DNA of 64,000 bases, taken from positions 1,408,001 through 1,472,000 of the forward strand of contig CM000207.1 in assembly GCA_000002445.1 (NCBI GenBank), read 5' to 3'. This DNA is from Trypanosoma brucei (taxonomy: Eukaryota). The notes beneath the pieces are model-generated. The model ran no database searches, was not told the DNA's origin, and was given only the letters and a program-made list of their open reading frames with translations. This document shows positions 21,168 through 32,503 of the stretch, piece after piece (position 1 is the first letter of the stretch; each line of letters opens with the position of its first letter). A program made the translations under genes and the position numbers.

Positions 21168-23544
21168 TCTTTTTTATTTAACCTAATTTTCCCTCTCTTT
21201 TTTTCTTTTTCCTGCTGTGTGCTTTTGCGAGTTACGTATAGCTAAACTTGTACCTTTATCTTTAACAACAACAAAAACAAACTCCTTTCCTTTTAAGCAG
21301 AGATATACTTTGATTTCTTTCCCACCCTTTTTATTACTCGACTACTTATGGTTTGAGAAAGTGTTCTCACTAAAATAAAATAAAACAACAACACCAATAA
21401 CGACGTAAGGTTGAAGACAAATAAGGCAAATAAACTTGCTAACCTTGCCTATTCAGTTATCAGTTACCGCAATCCAACAGAGGTTTTGGCTGTAAAGAAA
21501 GAAATTGCGGCCAACGGGGAAAAAAGAGGAAGAAGAAGAAACAAAAAAAAAAGGACATAACAGAGCAGAATAGTACAACGCAATGCAAAAGATCGATCAA
21601 TGAAAAACATACTTAAAATACAAGTGGAACGCTACAGTTATCGAGTTATTTTATACGAGAGGCGAGGAATTATCGAAAAGAAAAAAAACAAGAAACCTCT
21701 CCCTCTTTTTTTCCATCACATTTCGTTTCCTCCTTTCTCTCTCTTTCTCTCTTTCTTCCTCTTAAAGCGAAAGTGATTAAGAGGGTGCAAAAGTGTAAAC
21801 AACCCACTACGCACTATCGTATTTGAGAGAGAAAAAAAAAAGGAAAAATACAAATGCAGAATTATATATTTGTAAATTGAAATAAATAAACAATTATATA
21901 AATATAATAATAATAATTGTCATTATTATCATTATTACTGTTATTTTTTTTTTTGTAAAGAGTAGCATAACGTACTAATTCATTTTCTCCCTTCATCGAA
22001 GGGTCGCACATTTCAGTGAATGTACGTGACCTTTAATTAAAAACAACAACAACAACAACACACAAACACGCAAACACAAAAAACAAAACAAAACACACAT
22101 ACACAAATAAATATAAATGGGCACATGCATTTTTATGTAAACCTCATATGCTCTTCATGAACATCAGCCGGTTTGGGCGCACACCACAAACTTCGCTCAC
22201 AGTTGAGCGCATTCCACCGGTACGGTAACATTTTGTGCGTACGCATACGAAAGGGAAGGACAAAAGAGATGAAGGGAAGAGTGTTGTCGGAGGGAAAAGG
22301 AAAGAAAGAAAGAAAGAAAAAAAAATGGAACTTATAAAATTTCTTGTATCACCGCAACACGTAGCAGGAAGATAATGCCTCCGTACGCTCAGAAGTGAAA
22401 ACTCGTTATGATAAAAACACGCATGAAAATAAACAGGTTTCGGGAGAAAGGTGTGGGAAATAAAAGAAAAAAACAACAACAAAGACAACACTCCACGTTC
22501 GTTTCATACTCACATGTTGTGGGGGGGGCGGAGGGGTTTAAACCCCTTTATTTCCTATTAGGATCATACATCAGTAATTTAAAAAAAAAAGAACAAAAAA
22601 AGAAGGGGAGGAGGCGAGCTATTATGCATTAAAAGCGAACAAAAACAAATATGCCGCTGGAAATGCGTGTAAGATAACCTTTCTATTCTTCCCTCTGACG
22701 ACTCTGAATAGGAAGAAGGTGATGGGTGAGGGTGCTCACGGGCGTAGCTTTTTCCTCAGTGGTGTTAAATCATAAAAGTAAATTGAAAAAACTTTTTAAA
22801 AAAAGGACCACGAACACGAAGGAGAGAGGAGGGGGGGGGGAAACAAAGTAAAAAAGACGGGGGTGTCCCATCCGATACAACTCAACCCTACTGCACGGGA
22901 ATGCAGACGCATATAGATACACGTGCATCCATGAGTGCAGTTACAAAACAAGAAATAAATAAAATAGATGACAACAAAAGGGAAAAATAAACAAAAAATT
23001 ATGCCTTAACCGGGAAAAATGGTACCGAGGGTAAATTTTTTTTTTAAAAGGACAAAAGACAAAAGCATGGCGCAGCCGATAGATTTCCAGAAACACGGAA
23101 AAGAAAGAAGGGAAGCGCGTTGAACCGAAGGTCGCTGAAAGGAAAACAAAAATAAAGAGAAAATAAGCAAAGTTAAGGAACGCCGCCCGAGGAGTGAAAA
23201 AGTAGCCTAGGCCACTTTAATGCGTCGGACCTTTTCGCTCATGCTTCTCTCATGTACATAACCGAGTGATCACGTAATGAAACCCCTTCCGTGTGTAGAT
23301 TTGACAAAAATTTACATAAGTGTAATCAGTTGCTCTTCCCTCCCGTGTAGCACGTGTACTATCGTTGTTAGAAGAACAAGACGAAATAATAACCAAAAAA
23401 AAGATGAAAAAGGAATATAGAGAAAGGAAAGAAAGATGGGGAGATAAGGTGACGCACCGTCATGGCGGCACCACTGTACCTGAAAACTCCCCGCTCTTTT
23501 TTTTTTAACTATAACTATCACCATCACTATCAAAAGCATTATTC

Positions 23545-24993
23545 CTATCTCGTTCCTGGCCTAGTCTGCTGTCCTGGGGGCAAAATGGTGAGCACATATT
23601 CTACAAATGAGGCCTCTGCAGTGGAGGCCATTGACTCCGCCAAGTGTGCCGCCTTGCTAGACTCACCCGCCGACGGCGCAGCGCAGCGAGTTTTCACCCA
23701 CTCCTCAAAGTTTGCTGTTGTAAAGATGTGACGCTTCCGGTAGTCTGATGGCCACTCTTGTATCACTTTGATAAGATCCTTCTGAAGTCTGCCCACAGCT
23801 ACACGTGAGAGATTTGCGGCCTCTACACAAAGTTTAAATTCTTTAACAGCATTGATAATGCGTTCACGCTGGCGTTCAAGGGCAATTTCATTGGCTCGCC
23901 TTCCCCAAACGGAACACCACATGGCGTCATCGTTCCTCGGATTTTTCCGGTGTTTCGCGTGCCGGCACTTCGCTGAGTCTTGTTGTTCAAACACATCAGC
24001 AAGTGCAGCCATAGGGGGTTTAAGCGACGAACGCTTCTCGTGCCTTATTACCATATTGCGACACACATCTCTAGTGCAAAGTGATTCATCTAGCTGGAAC
24101 TGTTGCTTGTAATTGACGTAGTCGAATCGATGACGCCACTTTTTAGGTAGCAGGGGACCTTGTTCCATATAGTATTTCCTCCCGTGCTTCCTGCTGTCAG
24201 TGGTGTCTGGCGAGGTTGTTATGTTGTAAAGCAGATCCCAACTCCTAACTGGGATCTTACGCAGCCGGTCTAAAAGGGTTAAGCGTGACCCAGGCTTGCC
24301 CTTAACTGTGGGAGGCAGTGCTGCTTTCCCGGGGGTGGAGTGATTACCGTCGCTGCTGCTGTTCTTTAGATCCTCTTCAACTCTCTTTACAGCCCTCGTC
24401 ACCGTTAAGTTTGCATCCAACGGGAAGCGACCCCTGTCCAAGGCGCTAACCAGTGAGTGACTTGTGTGAAAGGAATGAGTGCCGCTATCCACGCACCCCT
24501 GCGCAGACTCCTCCTCCGTCCACACTTCAAGGGCCTGCTTGTACAGACTGTTTGTTGTTGGGGAACTCGGCGTCTCACTGGAGGTATCGGTATCATCTTC
24601 CCCTTTCCTCACTGCATCCCCCGACTCAGGTGAGAGTTTTGATATGTATTGAATTTTTGCTATTCCTTCCTCAATTCCTCTTTCCAGCAGCTCTTCGAAA
24701 GGACTTTTCTCTCGATCCCTTTCCCTTTCCTTTTCCATTAGATCATCTTTGTCCGGGCGCAGCATGCCGCAACGGGGTGCAAAAACGGGAGCTGCACGTT
24801 TCATCAGTGACCGCATCGCGCTACTTTCATCTACAGCAAGTTTACGTAGTTTGATACCTTCACCACTGCTTCGGGGCTCCCTTCGTACACCGTGCTGCTT
24901 GTTCATGTTCTTGCTCACCTCTTTAGCCGTCATACTCGCAAAGTAGAGCGACACCACAGGTTTTGCTACCTCCGTACAGTGTGCCGTTGCCAT
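23545..24993 (-). CDS. Hypothetical protein (482 aa)
   Basis: Uninterrupted coding-strand ORF with mixed composition and no recognised motif. Confidence 0.45.
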   Translation of the reverse strand: MATAHCTEVAKPVVSLYFASMTAKEVSKNMNKQHGVRREPRSSGEGIKLRKLAVDESSAMRSLMKRAAPVFAPRCGMLRPDKDDLMEKERERDREKSPFEELLERGIEEGIAKIQYISKLSPESGDAVRKGEDDTDTSSETPSSPTTNSLYKQALEVWTEEESAQGCVDSGTHSFHTSHSLVSALDRGRFPLDANLTVTRAVKRVEEDLKNSSSDGNHSTPGKAALPPTVKGKPGSRLTLLDRLRKIPVRSWDLLYNITTSPDTTDSRKHGRKYYMEQGPLLPKKWRHRFDYVNYKQQFQLDESLCTRDVCRNMVIRHEKRSSLKPPMAALADVFEQQDSAKCRHAKHRKNPRNDDAMWCSVWGRRANEIALERQRERIINAVKEFKLCVEAANLSRVAVGRLQKDLIKVIQEWPSDYRKRHIFTTANFEEWVKTRCAAPSAGESSKAAHLAESMASTAEASFVEYVLTILPPGQQTRPGTR

Positions 24994-25319
24994 TCCAAAA
25001 AGAAAAAATTTGACACAAGCACTTTCTCTACTTTCTACTTCCCTAAGTTGGGTTCAGCCCTGCAGCCTCCTCTAAGTGAATAGTATTTTTTACCTAACAG
25101 TTTCCTTCACGTGTGCGTTAAAACAGCAGCGGGGGAACGCGAATACATGAAAGATATTACTCTGCGCAATTCAACCAAAGATGAGGCAGCCAAAGTACAA
25201 GAAAGGGGGGTAGAGTTGTGTGACTTACAAGCCCGTTCGGTTGCTGACACCGACGAGCGCAAACGTTAAACACAGACATATATGTGAAAAAAAGAAGAAA
25301 GTGGTGATTGGTGTCTTAG

Positions 25320-28300
25320 CTACGACCAAAGCTCCTCCACGTGGGTTGACATACCGCTCCTTTGTAGAGCCGCACAGTATTGTAGAATGGAGTTTTTGTA
25401 AACATTTTCCCTTTCCGCAGACGCCAGCGCAGCCACATCAAACGAGTGACCGGGCCGCACTTGCGTTGGGGCACCTGAGCGTAGGGTTTCAAGCGCTTCT
25501 TCAGCATGAACAATGGCACCTCCAACGACGCCTGCGGCAGCCTTCCGCAGCTCCAGTGAGGCAGAACTCATGTCCACCAAACAACACGCGGCTGTAACCA
25601 ATTCATCCGGTATGCCTACTCCAGGAGCCGTGTGGGAGACATTCTCCAACATGACAAACAACGCCTTTTCCAGTTGGATAACAACATCTGGAGCCACCAC
25701 ACCGAGTGCCTCGCTCCACTCGAGTGTTCTTCCCAGAAGATCGGTTAGCTCCTGCACTCGAATCACCTCGCAACTTTTCAACTCAAGAGATGTAGCACTG
25801 AGGTACTCCTTTAGAAATGCCACGTCACTGGAGTTCGTATTGTCCTTGATTTGTGTGAGCACCGCCAACCCAGTAACACACTCGGCAAATCGTCCTATAT
25901 CATTCTCCTTGTTGCATCGCGTGTACTCCATAAACAACCGATGGCTTTCATCTGCTAGTCCCTCCCAAGCACGCTTGTCATGCTTTTTTAAAGCAAATGC
26001 AGCTGATGCGAGGAGTGATGCGTAGCTGCAACGCAATCTGGGATTGAGTTGCATGCTATCGATGAGTTGTGCTTCCCAGTAAATTGTGACTAGTCCTGGA
26101 AGGGCACCGTACCCACATTTCCCCAGAACCACCAATAATTCAAGCAATTGCTCACATTCCTCATGGTTCTTTACTTTTTCGTCACCTCCACCATTGCTGC
26201 TGCTGCTATCCATGTGAGAAGCCTCCTTTATGTAATCTGCTACACGCGACGCGACGGATTGCAGTAGTACTTGAGGCACGCTAGTTCTCATTAGGGTAAA
26301 CATGGCTTGCAGCATTCGCCTGAGGTGCATCGGGCTGCACTCGTGCATCATCACTGACCGTATCAACACCATTTCCACCTGCTTAAGTGCAGATGGCACC
26401 ATTTCACAAGCAGCAAGCCCCTCAGCGAGATCCAGAAGCTCATCCAAAGTGCAGTTGTGCCTCATCGCTGCTCCAATTGCCGTATCAATGGCGTTAAATA
26501 CCCTGTCGAACCTTGCATCCAACGCTCCGTTTGGTGACTCCCTCCGCATGCGGGAAAGAAGCGGCAGCAGTGTATTCACCTCCCGCAGGGTCAACGACAT
26601 TTTCCCTGCCGCCGCTTTGTGCGACAGGTGATGCACCAAATCATTTACTAATGTATTACCACTCACGCGAGCGCTAGCCTCCTCCAGCCTGCTAACAAGC
26701 TCTGCCAGCCGGGCAGACGATTGTGCGCCCAATGCCACCCGTCGCATTCCCTGTGCGCTACGAATACCGAGGTTGTAGTGAATAAGGGCAGCCTTGTTGG
26801 TGCCTTCGGCGTGCCGCTGCAGCTCCACTAAAGGGATATAACCATCTTCACTCATTACCTGGGCACGGGGGCTATCAGGGTGGTACAATAGTCGTTTACA
26901 CCGCGCGAGAGCAATCTGCGATAACTGTTGATACTTTGCCAAAAACGACACTTGCTGTGGGTCCGAGTTTTCTTCAGACGCTTCGTAGCGGCGGAAGAAG
27001 GCCGCATTCTGTTCTCTGACTTCTGCACAGAAGTGCAGAATTATACACAGCTCGCTTTCATTCACGTTCTCCAATGCGTCCTTACACCCGAACGCCTCAA
27101 CACTCATCACCCGCGACAAGCCCCGCAGGATGCCAAACCGAGTCACTGCACCGAACGCATCAGAAAACATGATCGTCTTACCAATGTCGCTGCCACTCCC
27201 CTCGCTAATGAGTGCCATGATGCGCACAGCACCGAGAGCGGTGTGTGGTGATGGCGCGTTTGCCACGATACACTGCCCGGTACTGACCGAAGCATCACCA
27301 CAGACGTCCTGTGACGGGAAGAAGAGGGAAAACGGGACGCGATGGTTTACACACAGAGCCGCGCATGCGGTAAACTGCTCCAACGACGTTGCTGAGGGAT
27401 CGAAGAAGTCAAGGTCACGTCGTGCGTGGCACGCCACAACTTCTACCTCCCGCTGCAGGTCAAGTGGCAAAAACTCACTCTTGTCCCCGAGGTCTGATGG
27501 GTGTACCTTGCGGACGCAGAAGGTGGATGCGGCATCTAGCCATAAAAGAGCCTCAAGCATCTCCCCCGCAGTCAGTGAAGGGTTGGTTAAACTCACATCC
27601 GCTTGCGCACTATCTCCTCTCGCAGTTTCCTCCACTACGTCAGGCCAAATGATGTAACGGACATCTTCAAACCGATGACGTATAGCAAGCCAGTGGCGTT
27701 TTCGTCTCAGTCTTCGATCATAGTGCTCATAGTCCGGGCCCGCATTAAGCTCTGTACTCAATATGGTGCTCTTCATTCCGCTTGTGTCCATCAAAACATA
27801 TTCCCTGCAGAACGACACGAACCTTTCCCGAACCTCTTGAATCAGGCGCTTATCGAGAGAGCTCCCTCCTCGAAGGCATTCATCCACCGGCGACGGCATA
27901 TCGTCCTCTATGTCACCCAGTTCACAGAAGCTTGTGTCCATCTCCCTCCATGTTCCCGCCGCGCTCTCTAGCGTCACCTGTGGGTGCGTTAATTCCGACA
28001 CAGGGACGGAGAAGCTGAAGGTACGGCCCTTTTTATTTGTGTAGGTGACCTTTGTGGTGCCGGGAATTCGCCGCGGGACACCTTCCACTGCGCCCTGCTT
28101 CACCTGTGGGTGTTTTCCGAGTGGTTGCCTAAAACCCCCTCTGGAGTGTCGCCCACCAATCGTTATGTGCCGCATGCCAACCTGCATGGCTGAAGAATTC
28201 GGATGCCACCCTCGCAACATGTTTATACAATTTGCCCCTAGTGGCGGTCCAACCTCCTCACACGCTTGCCTCCTTTTTGATGCTACGAATCGGAGGAGAT

Positions 28301-28394
28301 GGGGGGAAAAATAAGGGAGAGCAGAAAAGTAACTTGTCGGTGGAGGGGGAGCAACGGAGAAGTAGTGTTGCCGTACCAAACCAGCATATACCAC
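25320..28394 (-). CDS. Large hypothetical protein (about 1024 aa)
   Basis: A 3 kb uninterrupted ORF on the coding strand with largely helical, Leu/Ala-rich composition and no recognised catalytic motif. The true start may be an internal Met. Confidence 0.5.
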   Translation of the reverse strand: MVYAGLVRQHYFSVAPPPPTSYFSALPYFSPHLLRFVASKRRQACEEVGPPLGANCINMLRGWHPNSSAMQVGMRHITIGGRHSRGGFRQPLGKHPQVKQGAVEGVPRRIPGTTKVTYTNKKGRTFSFSVPVSELTHPQVTLESAAGTWREMDTSFCELGDIEDDMPSPVDECLRGGSSLDKRLIQEVRERFVSFCREYVLMDTSGMKSTILSTELNAGPDYEHYDRRLRRKRHWLAIRHRFEDVRYIIWPDVVEETARGDSAQADVSLTNPSLTAGEMLEALLWLDAASTFCVRKVHPSDLGDKSEFLPLDLQREVEVVACHARRDLDFFDPSATSLEQFTACAALCVNHRVPFSLFFPSQDVCGDASVSTGQCIVANAPSPHTALGAVRIMALISEGSGSDIGKTIMFSDAFGAVTRFGILRGLSRVMSVEAFGCKDALENVNESELCIILHFCAEVREQNAAFFRRYEASEENSDPQQVSFLAKYQQLSQIALARCKRLLYHPDSPRAQVMSEDGYIPLVELQRHAEGTNKAALIHYNLGIRSAQGMRRVALGAQSSARLAELVSRLEEASARVSGNTLVNDLVHHLSHKAAAGKMSLTLREVNTLLPLLSRMRRESPNGALDARFDRVFNAIDTAIGAAMRHNCTLDELLDLAEGLAACEMVPSALKQVEMVLIRSVMMHECSPMHLRRMLQAMFTLMRTSVPQVLLQSVASRVADYIKEASHMDSSSSNGGGDEKVKNHEECEQLLELLVVLGKCGYGALPGLVTIYWEAQLIDSMQLNPRLRCSYASLLASAAFALKKHDKRAWEGLADESHRLFMEYTRCNKENDIGRFAECVTGLAVLTQIKDNTNSSDVAFLKEYLSATSLELKSCEVIRVQELTDLLGRTLEWSEALGVVAPDVVIQLEKALFVMLENVSHTAPGVGIPDELVTAACCLVDMSSASLELRKAAAGVVGGAIVHAEEALETLRSGAPTQVRPGHSFDVAALASAERENVYKNSILQYCAALQRSGMSTHVEELWS

Positions 28395-29176
28395 TAGTAA
28401 CTATCCTCCTCTCCGCTCAACAAACGGAGGAAACAAAGCGACAAGAGGATATACCTACAGGAACTGGGAGCCAAATGCTCAGAAAATCTGTCACAAACGA
28501 CCGCAAGTGGCTCTGCAGAGAAAGAGATGGAGAGGGCAAAGTGTACGTCCCGAGCCGATGGCTACAACATGACCAAAGGGTCTAGTTCATCAGCCAAAGT
28601 GATATATCGGGTGCCACAACTGTACGCATTCAGTTTCGTTCAGAAAAGTGTCTTAGTGATGATAAAACAATAATACGGAAGCAAATACAAGGAAAAACAA
28701 ACAAACAAAAATATACATTTAAGGGAACTATGAAGGAAGGGATAATTGTGATGCTGATAGTTACCGCAGAAAGAAAGATAGATACAAATGTATACAAGTA
28801 CCACCGCATTAAAAGTGAAAGATGTTAAGTGATGACCCCAACAGGCAGTAAGAGAAACTCACATGCGTGACGACACCAAAATGATCATTCACTCACTAGG
28901 GAAAGCAACAACAAAGGAGCAAAAACGTTACCCTGATACCGATGCGAAACAAAAACAAAGGGTTCAAGGACAACGCACTGTACGAATGGCTAAACCTTAT
29001 GCTTCAGAAGTGGGCAAATGCATCGCAATGAGCTTCGACACCCGTTACCAGACTAACAACGGTTAAACCACCGTGGAGCACGAAACGAGATATAAGATTA
29101 CGGTAACCGACCGTTAGGCGGAAACTTCCCGGTTTGACCTAAAGGGAGCAGTAACAAACCACAAAACAACACGAAA

Positions 29177-30286
29177 TCACCCTTGAAGTTTGGGCAGAAC
29201 GGACTGAGCGGATATACGCCCATTCGCATTGGAGAGGTCCTCCAACCTAACGTGCGGTCTATTCTCTGTGGTCATCGGTCCCCGCTTCGATACTACAACC
29301 CTCGTAAGGCACGGGAGAACGCTGTCCACCTCCAACGTTTTTGCTTTCTCCGTGGAGTACTCCATCGCTCGGTGACGCTCCTGTCGTTCCTTTCCTCTCA
29401 AAGGCTTGAAATACGGATGCCGCAGAGCCTCCTTTGCCGTTACACGCTCCTTTTCGTCATACTGCAGTAACCGACCAATGAGATCAATCGCCTCCTTGGA
29501 AGTGCCCTCCGGCAGCAGTCGGGCTACACCTGTTCCCTTCTTCTCGGAAAACTGGAAGTTTATCGGGGCTCCGAACTTCTTTAATGTATTCAACACATCC
29601 ACCGGCGGCGTCCCAAGCACATCGTGGATCTTATGGATTTGGTCCATTTCGGTCGTTCCTGGGAACAGTGGAGTCAGAGCGATGATCTCAAAAAACACGC
29701 AGCCCGCCGCCCAAAGATCCATTTTGTGGGTGTAATATCCACTCGTAAGGAGGCACTCCGGCGCTCTATACCAACGGGTCGAGACATACTCCGTTAACGG
29801 TTGCGAGACATGTAAACCCCGACAGGAACCGAAGTCCGCTAGTTTAAGTGTGCCATCCTCGCGCAACAGGATATTCTCGGGCTTTATGTCCCTATGAAAG
29901 ATGCCTTTGCGATGGGCGTGGTCGAGTGCTTTGAACAGTTGGTACATGAGGGTCATGACACAATGTTCGTCTAATTGGTGCCTGCGCCCCCGAATGAATT
30001 CATATAGGTTCATGTCCATCAATTCAAATACCAGTGCCAGACGGCCTGTGGTTTTGTCAAACATCACTTCGATAAGCGGCACGATGTTCGGATGGGGTTG
30101 CAGGCGCCGGACGGCTTGAATTTCGCGAAGGCGATTCACCTGCTCCTTCGACTGAAAGGGTTTTCTCATGCACTTGATCGCTACATATGCCTTCGTTTCT
30201 ACGTCTTGCGCCTTGAGAACTTCACTAAACGTCCCTTCTCCTTTCTTTCCTAATATTGCGTACTTTTGCATCGGTGCCCGCACCAA
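29177..30286 (-). CDS. CMGC protein kinase of the RCK (MAK/ICK/MOK) family with a TEY activation-loop motif (about 364-369 aa)
   Basis: Kinase motifs are present: GKKGEGTFSEV (Gly loop), AIK, HRDIKPEN, DFG and a T-loop LTEYVSTRWYRAPE (TEY, MOK-like). The likely start is the ATG at 30271 (MQKYAIL...). A C-terminal tail of about 100 aa follows the kinase domain. Confidence 0.8.
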   Translation of the reverse strand: MVRAPMQKYAILGKKGEGTFSEVLKAQDVETKAYVAIKCMRKPFQSKEQVNRLREIQAVRRLQPHPNIVPLIEVMFDKTTGRLALVFELMDMNLYEFIRGRRHQLDEHCVMTLMYQLFKALDHAHRKGIFHRDIKPENILLREDGTLKLADFGSCRGLHVSQPLTEYVSTRWYRAPECLLTSGYYTHKMDLWAAGCVFFEIIALTPLFPGTTEMDQIHKIHDVLGTPPVDVLNTLKKFGAPINFQFSEKKGTGVARLLPEGTSKEAIDLIGRLLQYDEKERVTAKEALRHPYFKPLRGKERQERHRAMEYSTEKAKTLEVDSVLPCLTRVVVSKRGPMTTENRPHVRLEDLSNANGRISAQSVLPKLQG

Positions 30287-32448
30287 AAGAAAATCTCTCC
30301 GCTGCGGACTGTACTGCTTGTATGCACTACTACCTTTTCTCTACCGCTGGCGCTGCAACTGCAGTTATTTGCTTATTATTCCCTGCGCCTCGCGAGCCCC
30401 CTCTTACTTGTAATTCCGCTCCCAATCTGAGGCACGAGCACCCCGAGGAATAACAAGCGAAAACCTAAGTAACACTGTAATTACGTATATATGTATATGT
30501 ATAAACACTAGTAGTTCACCTTCGCCGAACCTTTCTTCTTTTCTTTTCCTTCCTTTCCCTTTCCTCGTTTATTTACTTTATTATTATTTTCTTCTTTTGC
30601 GGATATCCGTCCCGCACGTCTTTTAGGTAGGGGAGATGAGGATTTGCTTTGCCACTCCTTTGTTGTTTTTTTTTGGTATTTGCTTCCTCCTTCTTTACGC
30701 TCGGCTCCTTTTGTTTCCCCACTCTATCCTTCTAAATAAATAAGTATGATAATAATTATAACAACAATAACAATAATTATTACTCTTGTATGTATGAATG
30801 GTTAACCTGATTCTTTTTTCCCCCTTTCCCTTGCCTTTTTTATCTTCACCCTGTGTGCCACTAATATACAGCACCAATATAATTTAAATTATATGAGTTG
30901 TATATATATATATATTAGTGCACAAACAGATGTGAAAAGTGGATTGCCGTTTTGAACCGGTTTGTATATATGTATGTGCACGAATAGCTACCGACAAGTC
31001 TATTGTCTTGTCTTGTCTTTTACTTTTACTTTTCTTTTTTTTTCTTTTTCCCCCTCCGAATGTCACGTGTCAAAGGAAGGAGTTACTTCGAGGGGGTCCC
31101 GATCCTCATATCACCCCACAGAAGGGCGTTCGTGTCTGTATCCGTGTGTGTTTGTGTGACGGGGTGGGGGGAGGGGAGAGAATAGAGAAGAGGAAGAGAG
31201 TGTAAAAAAAAAAAAGATAAAATAAAATAAAAGGGGAGTATTGTAATCGGCAGCACTGACACAACCACTACGTGCCGAGCGACTAGTTTCCTCCCCTCAG
31301 GGGTAAATTCCTTTAAGAATCGAAAAGTAAGTTTGAAATTGCAGAAGAAAGGTGGAGAAGAGAAAAAGGAGGAGGAAAAAAAAAGAAGAGAAAAGAGAAA
31401 CAAAACTGATGTACGGCATATGTACAAAAAAGAAAAAGAAAAAGTGTAGAGAAAGTATTAGTAGGGAAAACGAAACATAAAAAAAAGGAAGGAGAATGCA
31501 ATGAACAGCACGCGAACCAAGGCGTACCGAAAAAAAAAAAACATATGTATGGGGGGAGGAACACGGCAGTAGCGGTCCGTGAATGATGTAAAGTTACGAT
31601 AATCGAAAAAAAAAACAATATAGCTGGAATAAAATAAAATAAAAAAATAGAAATCAATAAAACAAGTCGATAACGAGAGAGAAAAAAAATTAATTGTACC
31701 TAACTTATAATTCAATAACAACACGAAGTGACTCTCAGACTTTTATTTATTTATTTACTTTGAACTTTGGCATTATAACAATTTCTGTTTTTGCTTTTAC
31801 TTTAAAAGTTTGCTTCTCCTCTTATACTTTTTTTGCTTTCCGTTACACTGTTGAGGCTATATTTCCTCACTTTCTCTTGTTTTAATGTTCCCCCACTCTT
31901 TCATATCGTACCTTTGTTGACGGCCATTTTTTTTTTTCTTTCCTTCTCAAAAAAAAAAGCATGAAATCACATCCATAGGCACATATAAATAAATATATAT
32001 TTTAAAAGTTGGTGGGAGGAACGAAATCAACAAATACGTGAAAAAAAAATTCGAAGGAATAAAACAACGAAAAGAAGCGTCACTCGCAGCACAAGAGGTC
32101 AATAATAATTCATTTTCTTCTTTTCAACCGTTTGCAATTTGTGTCTGCTGTGCAAATGCGCTATTGCTCTTTTCTGTGAGTTAAGTCAATCAGTCACTTA
32201 ACCGTGAGAAGAGGAAAAAATCAAAAATTGAAGGAAAAAAAAAAGAAAACAATAAAGCGAAGAAACAAAACAAATAAATGAACCAAAGAAAAAGGAAGGG
32301 ATCAAAACGAGAATGACATGAAGCATTTGAAGAATTAAAAAGAAAAAAGAGAAAACGAAGAAACTTTTGTTAATTGCGCCGTGTGAATATGTGATGCGTG
32401 TAAGGAGAAGTGGGCGAAAACACAGAGAACACAAAGTGTATAAAATAT

Positions 32449-32500
<52 letters not shown>
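32449..32500. repeat. Compound (AC)11(AT)15 microsatellite
   Basis: Direct reading gives acacacacacacacacacacac followed by atatat... Confidence 0.95.

Positions 32501-32503
<3 letters not shown>

Noticed and set aside
22144-22491. 115-aa minus-strand ORF in the 2.4 kb gap upstream of PABP
   Set aside because: Its translation (LLLFFSFISHTFL...FFSFFLSFLFPP) is a read-through of a T/C-rich tract. It is low-complexity and not a plausible protein.
28651-28770. C/D-box snoRNA-like pattern (GTGATGA ... TGATGCTGA) in the intergenic region between the 1024-aa gene and the kinase
   Set aside because: The box elements are on the plus (non-transcribed) strand, no convincing terminal stem or antisense guide region could be identified by eye, and the spacing is atypical. 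It would need snoRNA-specific search tools.
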